A stretch of 63,401 nucleotides of DNA, the filler included, from Saprolegnia diclina VS20 (taxonomy: Eukaryota): assembly GCF_000281045.1 (NCBI RefSeq). It is 4 parts of 2 records of this genome, joined end to end, with 100 filler letters (N's around TTAATTAATTAA, not from the genome) between each part and the next. Parts side by side here need not be neighbours in the genome. Positions count along the whole stretch, not along the records: positions 1 to 19,812 come from NW_008246070.1; positions 19,913 to 37,952 come from NW_008246070.1; 2 more parts are not named here. One strand, 5' to 3'. The notes beneath the pieces are model-generated. The model searched no databases. It saw only the letters and a list, made by a program, of their open reading frames with translations, and was not told where the DNA came from. This document shows positions 12,301 to 24,246 of this stretch, one piece after another. Made by a program: the position numbers and the translations under genes. Each line of letters begins with the position of its first letter. Positions within the stretch are counted from its first letter, which is position 1.

Positions 12301-12969
12301 GACGAATCATCACCCGGACATGCCGCTGCCCCGCATTCTCATCGTGCTCGTAAGCTGTGGCGTCTCGTCAAGGAAATGGCATTGATGCATCGCACTTATA
12401 GAACCGCCCGAGCAGCCTCCGCTTTGTCAAGGACGAGCACAACAAGGAGCCGGCCGACGAAGAGACCATCGAGATCCTTCGTCAGCACAAGCGCCAAGTG
12501 CTCTCGCGGTCCGACGACCCGCTCGACAGTATTTGCACCCCGATCTTTGCGTCCGGTACGCTCTATTTTTCTCGACAGGGCAAAGATAAAGGCTGATCGA
12601 ACTAGGCAAAGTCTTCTTCCCCAATGCGCTCGACGCGCTCCTTGGCACGTGCGACAAAAACGGCAGCGTCATTGACCTCATGTACCTCTTCATTTTGGGC
12701 GAGCCGCCGCGGGGCGACGAGGCCGGGCGATGTCTCGACCAGATCACGATTCCGCCGACGCTCTGGGGTCGACCGTACGGTGCGTGCTTTGAGAGCCTCC
12801 TATTGCACCACGTACGTTTCGGACTCTGGGATGGATTGTGATGCGGTGCTAGAACATTCTGTGCTTGGGTCTCTACCGCCCGCAAGCCAAGCAAAACAGC
12901 TACGTGTACGTCAACCCGAGTGCCGACGTCTTTGTGACACCCAAAGACATTCTGTTTGTTTTGCGATGA
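9313..12969 (+). CDS. BK/Slo-type (RCK-domain) potassium channel alpha subunit, multi-exon
   Basis: S4-like 'KCLRPFRCLRCFRLL'; pore 'YFVVITIATLG|YGDIAP' split by an intron; two RCK regions ('HVLICG...YLQGS...DLKRA', 'DHILLCG...FLHGSPL'); C-terminal 'LCLGLYR...YVYVNP...DILFVL'. Confidence 0.85.
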
Positions 12970-13064
12970 TAAATCGAGGACACTCTGTCCAGTCGTACAA
13001 CTAGCCTTCTGTAACAAAAACTCCTATTTAACGCCTGATATGCAACATTGTCGTGCCGGCGGGA

Positions 13065-14559
13065 TCACAGATGGAGGAGCTGCGGCGACGGCAACGTCCA
13101 CTCGAACGGAGACACGGCGGCGAGCGCCAAGTCGTCTTCTTCGCCTTTGAACGTCATGTGATGGAGACCGAGTGGACTCAATGCGTCGTCGCTGTCGCTG
13201 GGGCCACGAGGCTCCACCTCGTCGTCTTCTAGTCGATTGTAAAATGCAGTGGTCTCCAGTGTTTGCATGTACCCGCGTCGAGGCGGAAGCGGCTATGGAC
13301 TGGGGATACTGGCAGGGACGAGTCCCGGGAGTGGCCATCGCGCGTGCAACGCTGACACGCCATCATCGAGATGACCGTCTCGGACAACGGGACGTCCCAC
13401 TTGGCACAACAGCGCGTGCATAGCACCTATGCACAAACTGTCGTTCGCATACTAATGTCGACACTCGGGCGCACGTACGTCACCGCATCCCCGGCACTGC
13501 CGCTTGACCGAGAGCCACGCAAACTTGTGGTAGCACACACTGCAGTACTCGATCGTGTCCTTGTTGGGGAAGGACGTCGTCGGTGTCTCGAGGAGTGTTT
13601 TGAGCCGCTGCGTGATAAAATGCTCTTCGAGGTTGAGAATCTACCGTACACTCGTACACAATGTACAATAGCATTTTCGAACGACTGTACCTGGCTCACG
13701 TGGCGCCGCAAGACAAAGTCTTGGGCGAGGACAGGCGTGAAGCCGAGTCGCCGCGTCACGCCGCAAAGCAAGTTGAAGTACTCAAGCACCCCGGGGCGGG
13801 CCGTCTCCAACACGATATGACCCGACTAGAGCAGCACATTAGTCGATTTTGGTGGAAAGAGTAGAAACACGTACGCGGACAAACTGGGACCGCACGTAGC
13901 CATGCGACTTTTCCAAGGACGGGCAGCACGGGAGCGGAATTGAGTGCATGCAGCGGACCCAGCCGCGCCGGACGCGCTGTGTTGCGCGGTCGATAAAGGT
14001 AAACTCGTCGTGGACCTAACACAAGCGACTGCACAATGAAGGATGCCCAGAGAGTCGTACCTCGAGGTAGCAAAAGTCGCGTGCTTTGAGCCCGATCGGC
14101 GTCTTGGCGACCATCCAGTTGACGCCAATGAAGTGCAAACCGGCTTCGCGGGCCACGAGAGTATAGAGCGACTGCTTGTCTTGCACGAGGTGGCCCGTCA
14201 CGCGGCTGTACGCGTCGCACTTGGCGGGTGTGTCGAGCACGAAAAAGTTGGCGACCTCTTCGAGGCTCGCGCGCACGTGCGTACGGGCACACATTGCGGC
14301 CTCGGGCACATCGCCATCGACGTCGACGCCCTTGTGGATCTATTCAACCACACGCGTGACGGTGTGTAGAGTGGGCACTACAGTATACCGTGGCGTGGCG
14401 GCCCGTGCGGTCGTTGTGGAGCTCGCTATCGAGCGTATAGCGTGCGGCGAACGCGCAGGCGTTGCGCACCGTGAGCTTGCACGCAGTGTGCGCCTTTTCC
14501 ATGAGCCGATCTCGCTCGCAGCGTGACAGTGGCGGGCACTGAAAGGGGTCGGCAACCAT
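13065..14559 (-). CDS. START-like + FYVE-type zinc finger protein (oomycete family), multi-exon
   Basis: N-terminal 'PFQCPPLS', START-like 'SLEEVA...RDFCYLE', 'CSVCYHKF...KRQCRGCG..LCTRC...CQRC'. Confidence 0.75.
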
Positions 14560-15321
14560 TCGCGTCGGCGCCCGAAGCTTTCGCACTGCTCCACTGTCGC
14601 CGATCAGAACTTGGTGGCAGCATCATCCGGATACGGTCCGCCTGTCGTGTTGACATGTAATATCCGGATGATTCGGTTTCAAAATGTGGCCTTTGGCGCC
14701 ACGAATAAGAGAACGCGCCTGCGTGCGATCAAGGACAGTGCACTTGAGGGCTCCAATATAAACTATGCTATGAAGCATTCGAGACGTTCGATTTTGGCGC
14801 TACATTGTGATGACATGACAATCAGCCTTGCGCACATACGCAAAGTGCATCTCTGAATCGAACGGGCTCCCACGCTTCATACGGTGCTGCGTTAGACTCT
14901 ACCGAGCTTCGTACCAAAAACTTTGCAGTACAAAAGAAATGACGCGCCCACCAGCGTAAGACTTTGTTGTCGAGATGTATCCTAATACTAGTACGTAGAC
15001 TACAAATATTACGAAAGCGGACAAAAATCTACGTGTTACTTCTAGTACTAGTAAACGCTTTCTTCGTTGGTTCGTTTCTCGACGATACGACCTGTCTATA
15101 TGTATAATGATGCAGTGCTGTAGTTTAAATCGAGGCACTAGACACGCAGTGTTGTTTGCGATGAGGTCATCCGCCATCACATCAAGCATAACTGCTCGTC
15201 GGTCTACACGTGCTCGCATGTCACATGCGTCTCAAGTGCGCGCACTTGGAAACGGCAATGTGGCATGCGGAGGATCCGGATACGATGGCCACGTGCGTGC
15301 CAACGCGAGTTTACGAAGCGC

Positions 15322-16172
15322 ATGGAAGACCTCGTCGCTCGCTTCGACGCGCTCTGCGCGCGCGTGGACGCCGACACGCGGCGCGCGTTTACGCGCTCGA
15401 TCGAGGTCCTTGACCGCGCAATCGATATCCTCGGCCTCGACAAGATCTGCTTCAGCTTCAACGGCGGCAAGGACTCGACGGTCGTGCTGCACCTGCTGCG
15501 GATTGCGGTCGCCAAGCGCGTGCTGGCCTCGCTGGCGCGCACGTCGCAGCCACCCGAGGCCTTTGATGCTGCGTACCACGCGGCTATGCAGCGCATGCCT
15601 GTGCTGTACTTTCACACGACGGACCAGTTTGCCGAAGTCAACGACTTTATCTCGCACTGCATTGCGACGTACGGCCTCCAATGCGGCGTCCAGGCCTGCT
15701 CGTTCATGGAGGGGATCCAAAACATCCAGGAAACGCGAGGTGTCCAAGCGTTCACGATGGGCGTGCGCAAGGGCGACCCGTTCACGGACGACCTCGAGCA
15801 TTTTGCGCCGAGCTCCAAAGGCTGGCCCGCCTTCTTCCGCATCAACCCGATCTTGCTCTGGAAGTACGAGTACGTCTGGGTCTTTCTCCGAGAACTGCAG
15901 CTCGAGTATTGCTCGCTGTACGACCAAGGGTACGCACCTCACTACGCTGCTGTTGTTATCGATTCTCATGTCGCGGACCTAGGTACACGTCGCTCGGCAG
16001 CATTTACAACACGGTACGCAACCCCGCGCTTGCCGTGACGGACGCCGCAGGCAACGTAAGCTACCTGCCCGCTTACCGTCTCCAAGACGGCAGCTCCGAG
16101 CGCTGCGGTCGTGGCCGTGTGTGCACCAAGGCAACGGCAAGCACGAGTAGCAGTAGTGATAGTAGTACATAG
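15322..16172 (+). CDS. FAD synthase (FMN adenylyltransferase, PAPS-reductase fold), one intron
   Basis: 'SFNGGKDSTV', 'MGVRKGDP', 'FFRINPILLW', 'YCSLYDQG|YTSLGS..NT..NPAL', 'ERCGR'. Confidence 0.9.
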
Positions 16173-16914
16173 TCCACCCACTTAGACGCCTCGTATTTGG
16201 CCTAAAACCATCGACGGAAGGTTCTTCGCATCGTCCCAACGCCTCTGTTGCGCTAGTAACTGGTCTGTACGACGTGCACTTTTCGTCATCACTCAACGCT
16301 CTCTGCGCCGACCCTTCGCACAGTCCCAAGCCGCGATATCCAAATGACCTCCGCTAGGCGCACGAGCGCCCTAGGAAGTCTACCGGTACCATTTTCGTCT
16401 TTTTAACTAAATGCTAGTATTAATAACTCATTTCAACATCACTTGTATGTGCATCGTCTTTCGATCTGTGCATGGACATGCACTGGCCGTTGGGCGTAGG
16501 TTGAAGCGACAAGCAGAGCGTAGTAGCTTGGTGCTAGTGACGGGCAGCAGGAATCTCTATTTAGTTACTGTGCCCAACCCGCACAGCAGCGCCGACACGC
16601 GTGCTATCGAGCACAAGCTGAGCTGCCACTCTGTCAAATACGTACTACTTTTTAAGGGAATGAGGCATCTGATACGGTTCAACATTGCTGTCGCTTGCAG
16701 CTGCCACGAGGTCTGGTCGGAAGCACTTGAATTTAATCATTTGCGAATTGCATACTGCATGTGTTGCCAACAATAAAAGCGGCGGCGCTGACGACGGCGT
16801 CGATTCGCACGCGGCCGTGAAATTCGCACATAACGTCCACCTCATAGTGGCTCTGCAGAGACAAGAAGCGAGCGTTGAAGCCGATGGGATTCGACCACTT
16901 TGGGTTTGCTCAAT

Positions 16915-18552
16915 ATGAGTGCGATGACGCTGCCGCTGCGCCCCGACTACTTCAAGTGCCCGCCGCTCATGCGCTGCGAGAAGGACCAGCTCATTGCGCT
17001 CGGCCAAAAGATCTGCAAGGACGTTGTGCTCAACGCCATGTCCATGCAGCTCGCGCCCGTCGACGCCGTGCTCACCAACCCCAAGACGCGGCGCCGCGCG
17101 CGGGTGCGCTGCCTCGTCATCCCCCGCTTTGATCTTATTGGACGTCTGATAGATGCGCCGAGGCACCGATGTCTTTAACCGGCAGCTCGACGGCATGTGC
17201 GCGTACACGCAGATCCCGTCAACGCTCGCGCAAGTCGCCGACTTTTTCTACCTCGACACCAACACCAAGCTCCGCGCATATGCGTCGGTCGTCGGCCAAA
17301 CCATCTTGGACCGGCAGACGCTGTATACGCTCGTGGACCACCCAGGCTTGACGACGCAGCGCAACCAGCTCATGGCGCTGAGCCCACTCCACTACATTGG
17401 CGTCGAGTGGATGGTCATGGAGTGCCCGTTTGGCGTCTCGAACCGCGACACGTGCTTCCTCGAGGTATGGTCATCTTGTCTACCGAAACATTGATATTAA
17501 ATTGGTCCAGGCGCACGATGAATTCGAGTTTTACGACGAGCGCGCCAAAGTGCCGCGGCGGGGCTTTGTGCGCGCCGTGCACTCGATCGACATGGCGTGC
17601 TGCCCGCCGTTGCGCGAGACCCACGGCCTCGTGCGGTCGTCCTTGGTCCGCGTACGTGCCATTTTCCAGTCGACGAACGATAGGACACGTTGCGATGATG
17701 CTAGTCGGGTCACATTTTTATCGAGACCGACGACCCCAATGTGCTCGACTACGTCTGCGTGTACGTGACGAATCCCAACGGCAAAGTGCCGCGGTCCGTG
17801 AACCTCAAGATGCTCCACCACCAGTGCGCGCGGGTTTGAACGAGATGAAGAGAAGAGCGATGCTGAGAAGGTCCTAGGTGCTGAATTTAGAGGAGTTCTT
17901 CCACCTCGAACGCATCACGTCGGCGCTGGACCACGGCGAGTTTGCGCCCGTCGGGTCGTTCCAGAACAAGGCTATCGCCAACTTTTGCGCCTGCTGCGAC
18001 AAGAAGTTTGGACTCTTTTATCGCAAGTCGCACTGCCGCAAGTGTGGCCACGTACGTTCTTCTCGTAACCTCAACCATTGGACGCTCATCATCTTGACGG
18101 TGTAGGTCGTCTGCCACCAGTGCAGTCGCAAGTGGCCGATCCAATTCCGGAAAACATCGACCGTGACGCTGCGGCTTTGCCACGTGTGCTTTGTCGGCAG
18201 CGCAGGCGCCAAGCCGCTCCCGACGTCGTCCGGTAGAGATTGTGAAGGGAAGGATATTGGCACTGAGAATTTTGATGTAGCGCTGACGGGCCTCGGCGAT
18301 CAGCAAGGAACCGGCACGTGCGTCATGAGCGATGACGTAAGCATTCTCAGCAGCTCAGTCTCGGCGCCGAGCGACGTGCTGTGTGGGCAGAGCAGCGACA
18401 CCAACAATGAGCTCGAGCAGGGCGACTACTTTGACGACCACCCTGCGATGGAAGGCATGTTCTCGTTCCACTCGTCGTGCCGGTCGCTGCACTTTTCCAA
18501 GAGCTCGTTCAGTCCGTACGGTGAGGACAGCAACCTTGGCATTTCCATGTAG
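16915..18552 (+). CDS. START-like + FYVE-type zinc finger protein, paralog of 13065-14559, multi-exon
   Basis: 'LPLRPDYFKCPPL', 'STLAQVA', 'NRDTCFLE', 'CACCDKKFGLFYRKSHCRKCGH|VVCHQC...CHVC'. Confidence 0.8.
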
Positions 18553-19152
18553 TTAGTGAGTGGTGTTGTGGATAAATAAGAGTTGTGTGCATCTTTATTT
18601 CAGCGTGTTACGAGTAAGGTGTAGATGGATTATTCACTCCTCCAGATAGAAAGACAAAGGGCCATAAGGAAAATCGAGAAAATCGACCTTGTCCAAAGCA
18701 ACGCGCCACAAGGCGCCACGAGCAAAGGCAGCGCACAATGGGCGAGGAACGAGCTGGAGGCCACAGCCCGCAGTGTTGCTCGAGAGTTGGGTCCACGCAT
18801 TGGGCGAAGGAGCGACCGGTAGCTTCCTCGCCGTGTTGGCGCTCGGCGGGCGGTAAGAAGTGTTAACACTCAGCTCTCGTCGTCGTCAAGGTGCCCACGC
18901 CCTGGCCTGCTTATTAGAAAGGAAATTTGGGAATGACGTTTATCCGGAATCGCTTATCCGTACTGCTCAGCTGGGGAAGATGGCAATCCGCCCAACCGCA
19001 TCGCGCCAAATCTGAGATTGGAAATGGGAAAGCCGGAGTGATGGAGATGTTCTGACACTCCTCGCTTGACGCACTGGCCATGCCTCTTCGATGCGTTGGG
19101 GATTCCCCCGTCTTCATTGCCTCAAATTGCATATTGCATGTACAGTTGTAAT

Positions 19153-19194
19153 ACTAGAGCTCATTTCAACAACACTAGAGCTCATTTCAACAAC
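19153..19194 (+). repeat. Tandem duplication of a 21-nt unit ACTAGAGCTCATTTCAACAAC
   Basis: Two exact adjacent copies. Confidence 0.9.
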
Positions 19195-19294
19195 ACATCA
19201 ACAATCACTATATGTATATCAAGGTATCGACTGCCCACATGTCGTCAGCGAACAGCCACGCGCTCTCTGTTGGGAGTTTTTTTCAAGAGTTTAA

Positions 19295-19384
19295 CCCATG
19301 AGTTTTTTTCAAGAGTTACGACTTTCGAGCATATATTATTTATTATATGCTCGAAAGTCGTAACTCTTGAAAAAAACTCATGGG
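19295..19384. repeat. Perfect 41-bp inverted repeat with an 8-nt AT loop (hairpin/foldback)
   Basis: 19295-19335 is the exact reverse complement of 19344-19384; an extra direct copy of 18 nt of the arm lies at 19274-19291. Confidence 0.95.
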
Positions 19385-19812
19385 GCACGCACGGCCGTCA
19401 GAGGTCATTGCGCGTTTCGATCGCAACGAACGACATGAGCGACCAGACGTCTTGCGGCTGCGACGGAGCCATCACGTGCATCTTGCACACGCCGATGGTT
19501 GCCGAGCCCGCTGCGGATGCGGCTGCTTCACTTGCGCCCGTCAACGCCCCCCTCGAGGCTGCGTGGGGTGACGACGACGTCCCGGCCCCGCAAGCGGACC
19601 TCTACAACCACGACGTGTGGCATGGCGCGTAGGCCGCGAACGCGTCTTCCATTGTACATCATCGACTCTGAGGCCGTCGCCTAGCGCTCCCGGTCGCCAC
19701 AAGACGCTCCGTCCACCGCCTCATCGGTCGTCCAGCTCGTCACGCAGGCATTCAATGTCCGCCGAAATACAGACCCCAATCTTGCACTTCCCCGTGACGT
19801 TCCAAACATGTA

Positions 19813-19912
19813 NNNNNNNNNNNNNNNNNNNNNNNNNNNNNNNNNNNNNNNNNNNNTTAATTAATTAANNNNNNNNNNNNNNNNNNNNNNNNNNNNNNNN
19901 NNNNNNNNNNNN
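19813..19912. other. Assembly gap with artificial TTAATTAATTAA six-frame-stop linker
   Basis: N44-TTAATTAATTAA-N44, identical to the other two gaps. Confidence 0.97.
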
Positions 19913-21781
19913 GGAAGACCGCGAGTGCGAGTGTCGTTTCCGACCAAGAACACTCCACTGTGACCGCCTCGTCGGCTCTTGCCAAAGGTAATATGTCATG
20001 GAACCGCTGTTGAAATGAGTTATTAACATGCAATTATATAGTGACGATGGTGGACTTCCTACAGCGCTCGTGAGGTTTGGCCGGTACGTCAAGCTGAGGG
20101 CGCATGGTCGGGGCTCGGGATTGAGTTGGGAATGAGGTAGCGAGCACACCAAGGGTCGGCGCGTAGGGCATGGAGCGACTCGTCAAGCGAAGGCACCACG
20201 GCGCGGCGAGCCAAGTGTCGGATATGCAGTGCTCATCATATCAACGAGCACCTTCCAGGACGTCTGGAAGCGAAGACTTTCGAGAAGAGCCTCCCGACGC
20301 CGTCATGTTTCACGCTCAGATCTTAGGTGTTGCTTCTCCCAGATCTTTTGCGTTGGCTTGACCCAGCTGAGGCGTTGGCTTGACACAGATCTTGAGCGCG
20401 CATCATTTCGCTCGACCCGGGCTCGCGACGTCCAGTGGCATCAACGCAAGGTCAACACCACCGTGGACGACCCGAGGAGTGCCCGACATCTACATCATTG
20501 TCCTCTGCAATACGAACAACCACGCGAATGGCGACGTGTACGTGGCCGGGCTACTCGCAGCCAAACTTGGTTCGAAGCTTGTCAAGGATGCCAACAGTAG
20601 TGCAAACGTCCGGCCCTTTCTGCCCCCGGGAGCTTGCAAAACGGTGCTGTCGAAAGTATTGCGTCGCTGCCTCGGTGCGGGCCCTCGTTATTGCAAGGGT
20701 ATGTAAGACCCTTGGTTATTGGCAGCGACTGCCTCGGTCGCCAAGGCCAACGACTATTTTGGTGGCGCGGGGCGTGGAAAGCGACCGTCACGAACCGCTG
20801 ACCACGGTTTGGGACTTGGCATGGCTCGTCATTTCCTAATCACGGCTCGTAACAAATCCGTGGCTTTGTCGTTGAGCGGCCGTGCACTTTCTCAGGCTCG
20901 TCGTTTTGTGATGTGGCATCATCCCAAGGCATTTTGACGCTTCCTCGATGTGCCGTACAGTGCATCTTTGGACGCCGCAAGCGAATGTCTTATTGTCTTA
21001 GGCGTTGGTGGACGATGCCATTCTTTCAACAGTCTCGTCGCCGAGTTCACTGGCTTTTGCAACGCTACTCGCATCGTTTTACCTTCATTTCCCGCGATTG
21101 CGGTCCACAGAACCACTGCCAACGACGCATCCCATGCATTTCGGAGCGTAATAGCAGTCTCGTCGCTTCCTTTCGAAGCGCTGAAAGCCTCGTCTTGGCG
21201 TCGCCGTGGCGCATCGGAGCCCTCGGATCTTCCGCCGGCCCCACATGTTGGACGTGCACCACCGGCGGATGACACACTGCCCGTGATGGGCACCGCACGC
21301 CTTTGGATTGGCTAAAAAGGCCGCCGAGCGCACCAGCTGCCTCAAACGAGCCAATCCGTGGCCGCCAGCACATAATTGGTCGACGCCAGCTGGTGAAGCT
21401 CCACGTCAAAGTTCAGCAGCCGATTTGGCTCGGACCTGACCCGCGACGCAGCTGGTGGGCCTGGAACCACAAGTAGCTCAAGGTACGGGCCGAGGACAGG
21501 CAGAGGGATCCCATGTGGACTGGCTTGGAGCCAGCTGCTTGGCCTGTCCCTTCAACGATACGCCAATACAAGAACCAAGTGTGTGACTCATACAAAGCGC
21601 CTCTCGATTCGGTGGGTGATTTTAAAGCCAAAAAGAAAAGGGCAATTTCGGCCGTCGCTCGGCGCACCAACCCATTACTCGACAGCCGCCGATTCTATCC
21701 CAGACGATGTCAACGAATCAACTCGTTTGATTTTTCATCTCAGACCATTCTCCCTTTTCCCTCGCCGCGCCCAAGCCGATC

Positions 21782-22558
21782 ATGACCACGCACGTGCAAC
21801 TCGCGACGCCGACGCCGGACCACTCGAGCTCGGACATCAGTGTCGCTGTCCCGCGTTCGACCCTTGAGGTGTTGCAGTACTACTTTTCCGGTAGTCTGTA
21901 CTGGATCGGCGGCTGGTGCTTCTTGGCGGGCTCGATCCTCTACTACCCGCGCTACTACACCCTCTACGACATTGAAGGTGAAGGCGCGCTCATCGGCGCA
22001 TGGCTCTTTGTCGTCGGGTGCTTTACGTTCCTCATCGGCAGTTGCTGGGACGCGTACTGCGCCAAGGGGTGCGAAGGGACCTCGAGCCTCCGGTTTTTCC
22101 CGCTCATCTGCTCGCTGTGGAACGTCGTCGGCTCGGTGCAGTTTGTGATTGGCGGCTTTTACTTTGTGCCTGTCGTGTACGCCACCGCGCCGTCGGCCGG
22201 TTGCCTCCTCTTCATTACGGGCTGCTCGTGCTTTGAGATTGCACTCTTGATTGACATTGCGCGCATGTTCCAAGTCGGCTCGATCCGCGGCCAGGCGTGG
22301 TGGTACATTGCGGCCGTCTTCAACATCCTCGGCAACATTTTGTTCATCGTTGGCAGCTACTACTTTCTCCCCAAGTTCCTCACGGCCACCGACGACTCGG
22401 AAGAAGCGCTTGCGATCGCGACCGACAACTCGGTGTTTGCCATCAACAACTTTGTCGTTGGCTCGATTGCTTTCGTGCTCGCGCCCACGGCCCAGCTCAT
22501 TGCGCTCTACCTCGAGCCGGCCGTCGTCCCCGAGAGCGCCGACAAGGTGATCGTCTAA
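21782..22558 (+). CDS. Multi-pass membrane protein with YrhK-like repeats (258 aa)
   Basis: Three repeats of paired helices 'G.W.FL.GS..Y.P ... W/LF..G...F'; about six hydrophobic segments; intronless. Confidence 0.65.
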   Translation: MTTHVQLATPTPDHSSSDISVAVPRSTLEVLQYYFSGSLYWIGGWCFLAGSILYYPRYYTLYDIEGEGALIGAWLFVVGCFTFLIGSCWDAYCAKGCEGTSSLRFFPLICSLWNVVGSVQFVIGGFYFVPVVYATAPSAGCLLFITGCSCFEIALLIDIARMFQVGSIRGQAWWYIAAVFNILGNILFIVGSYYFLPKFLTATDDSEEALAIATDNSVFAINNFVVGSIAFVLAPTAQLIALYLEPAVVPESADKVIV

Positions 22559-23302
22559 GCCGTTCGCTCGTCCGTAGTGTCATGTTAATATCGCGTTAGA
22601 ATATATATATTGGTCAGCTAGTATCTGGGGTGTCTCGAGCTGTTGGCTGGATGGTGGAAGCGTGGGGCGGTAGAAAAGCCTGGCAGGTCGTCGCGCATCC
22701 GAGGTGACACTAGGACGATGCTACTGTAGCCAGGTGGTATAACTGGACGACATGCAACCATCCATCACGGCAAGGTCGTCGAGCGATTTGGCTGGCGTTT
22801 CCTTGTCCCCGAAGCTCCTCCTCAAGTGATAGCCCTAGCGTGCTCCTGCGTGATGTCCAACCACCTCCAAGTGGATGATCGCTCATCCAACTCGGAGTGC
22901 GAAGAGGAATATCGCCCATCTTGCTTCGCTGGAAAACTGATAGAGGAAGAAGGTCTTTGGCGCCCTCGCTATCACTACGCAACGTACCGGTACCGGGAGT
23001 AGCATCCCATCGCTGCCAGATCTCGTCCCGGTATCGCAACCAACTATCATCGCCAGTTCTCAGCGCAGCCAAGTCGAGCGCGGTATGTATGATCCTAGAG
23101 CGAACGTGGCCCCGCCGCCAGGATCGAGCAAGGCTGGCTTGTGATCGGGGCAAGGACCACAGTGGTGATCGAGGGAGCGAGGGCGATGGCTTGGCTGGTA
23201 AGATCATTATCGCCCACACGGTCGATGGTGTAATACGTTTATTCATCGTCAAATCCTGGGCCGAAAAGTAAGAGCAAGAGCGTCCTTCGTCGTACGTAGC
23301 GC

Positions 23303-23978
23303 TTAGTGGCGGTGCTCCTTGTACGAGCAGTCGCTGATCACAACCTTGGTCGGGTTGACGCCTTCCTGGTTCAAGCACGCGACCATGTTCTTGCGGATTT
23401 CGTCGGCCAGGTTGCGGTCGCGGCTGCGGAGCCAGAGCTCAAAGCGGTAAGAGTGCGAGTCCTTCTTGTTCTACAACCAGTCGCAACATGACGCATCGCA
23501 CCTGGCACCTAGCAAGGTACCTTATGCACGACGCGGGCGCCCGTGACTTCGTTGGTCGGGTCAATGGTTTCGCCAATCATGCCGAGCACGAGCTTGTCCC
23601 AGAGCTCGTCGAGCGGGCCTGCCTGCAGCTCTACACGACCACTTAGCCTGCGTTTCGCCGCCACGCGAGCGTACTGATCGAGAGCTGCCACTCGCCGCCG
23701 CTCATGTTGGCCGAGTCCTCCCACTCGGGGCGAATGCCTTCCTTGAAGACGGCGAAGGACTGCACGGAGCGGTCCGTGAACTTCTTCTTGACGACGCCGT
23801 CATTGAGCACCTGGGAAGGCTTGGGGATGTTGTTCCAGTAGCCCCAGAACTCCTCGACGTTCGAGAAGGTGCAGAGGCGGTGGAGGTTCTCGCCGTAGTT
23901 GCTCTTGGAGCTCTCGCGCAGCTCCCAGATGCTCCACGCGGACTCGAGGGCGTGCGTCTCCGTCGGCTCGGTTGCCAT
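23303..23978 (-). CDS. eIF4E: Eukaryotic translation initiation factor 4E, multi-exon
   Basis: '[10 protein letters not shown]', '[18 protein letters not shown]', '[16 protein letters not shown]', '[15 protein letters not shown]', 'RFELW'. Confidence 0.93.
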
Positions 23979-24246
23979 CGTCGCTATGTCAAAAATGGCT
24001 GTCATTTTTTTCAACGGCCTAGCCTGTATACAAAAAACAAGCTATTTTATAAAAATACAGTGTGGGGCGCCCATGAATGGCAGTGTATCCGGAAATCCGG
24101 ATACAAAGAGGTGGCATCTGCCGAAACGAATCGCTTCAAGGCCGCACGATTTACGGATAATGCAACGGAAATTACGGATACGGTGGCGTGTCCGGATACG
24201 CTCGGATCCACCCTGCCACGTAGCATTTTCAGAGTTGGTGCTCAAG

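Noticed and set aside
14980..15060. Short imperfect inverted repeat around TACTAGTA
   Set aside because: Short, AT-rich and built from self-palindromic words; compatible with chance.
19857..19868. TTAATTAATTAA palindrome inside N runs (also at 37997 and 61165)
   Set aside because: Identical in all three gaps and supplies stops in six frames; a scaffolding linker, not biology.
19913..21700. Several overlapping 60-135 aa ORFs after the first gap
   Set aside because: No consistent coding frame or recognisable transposase or other motif; left unannotated.
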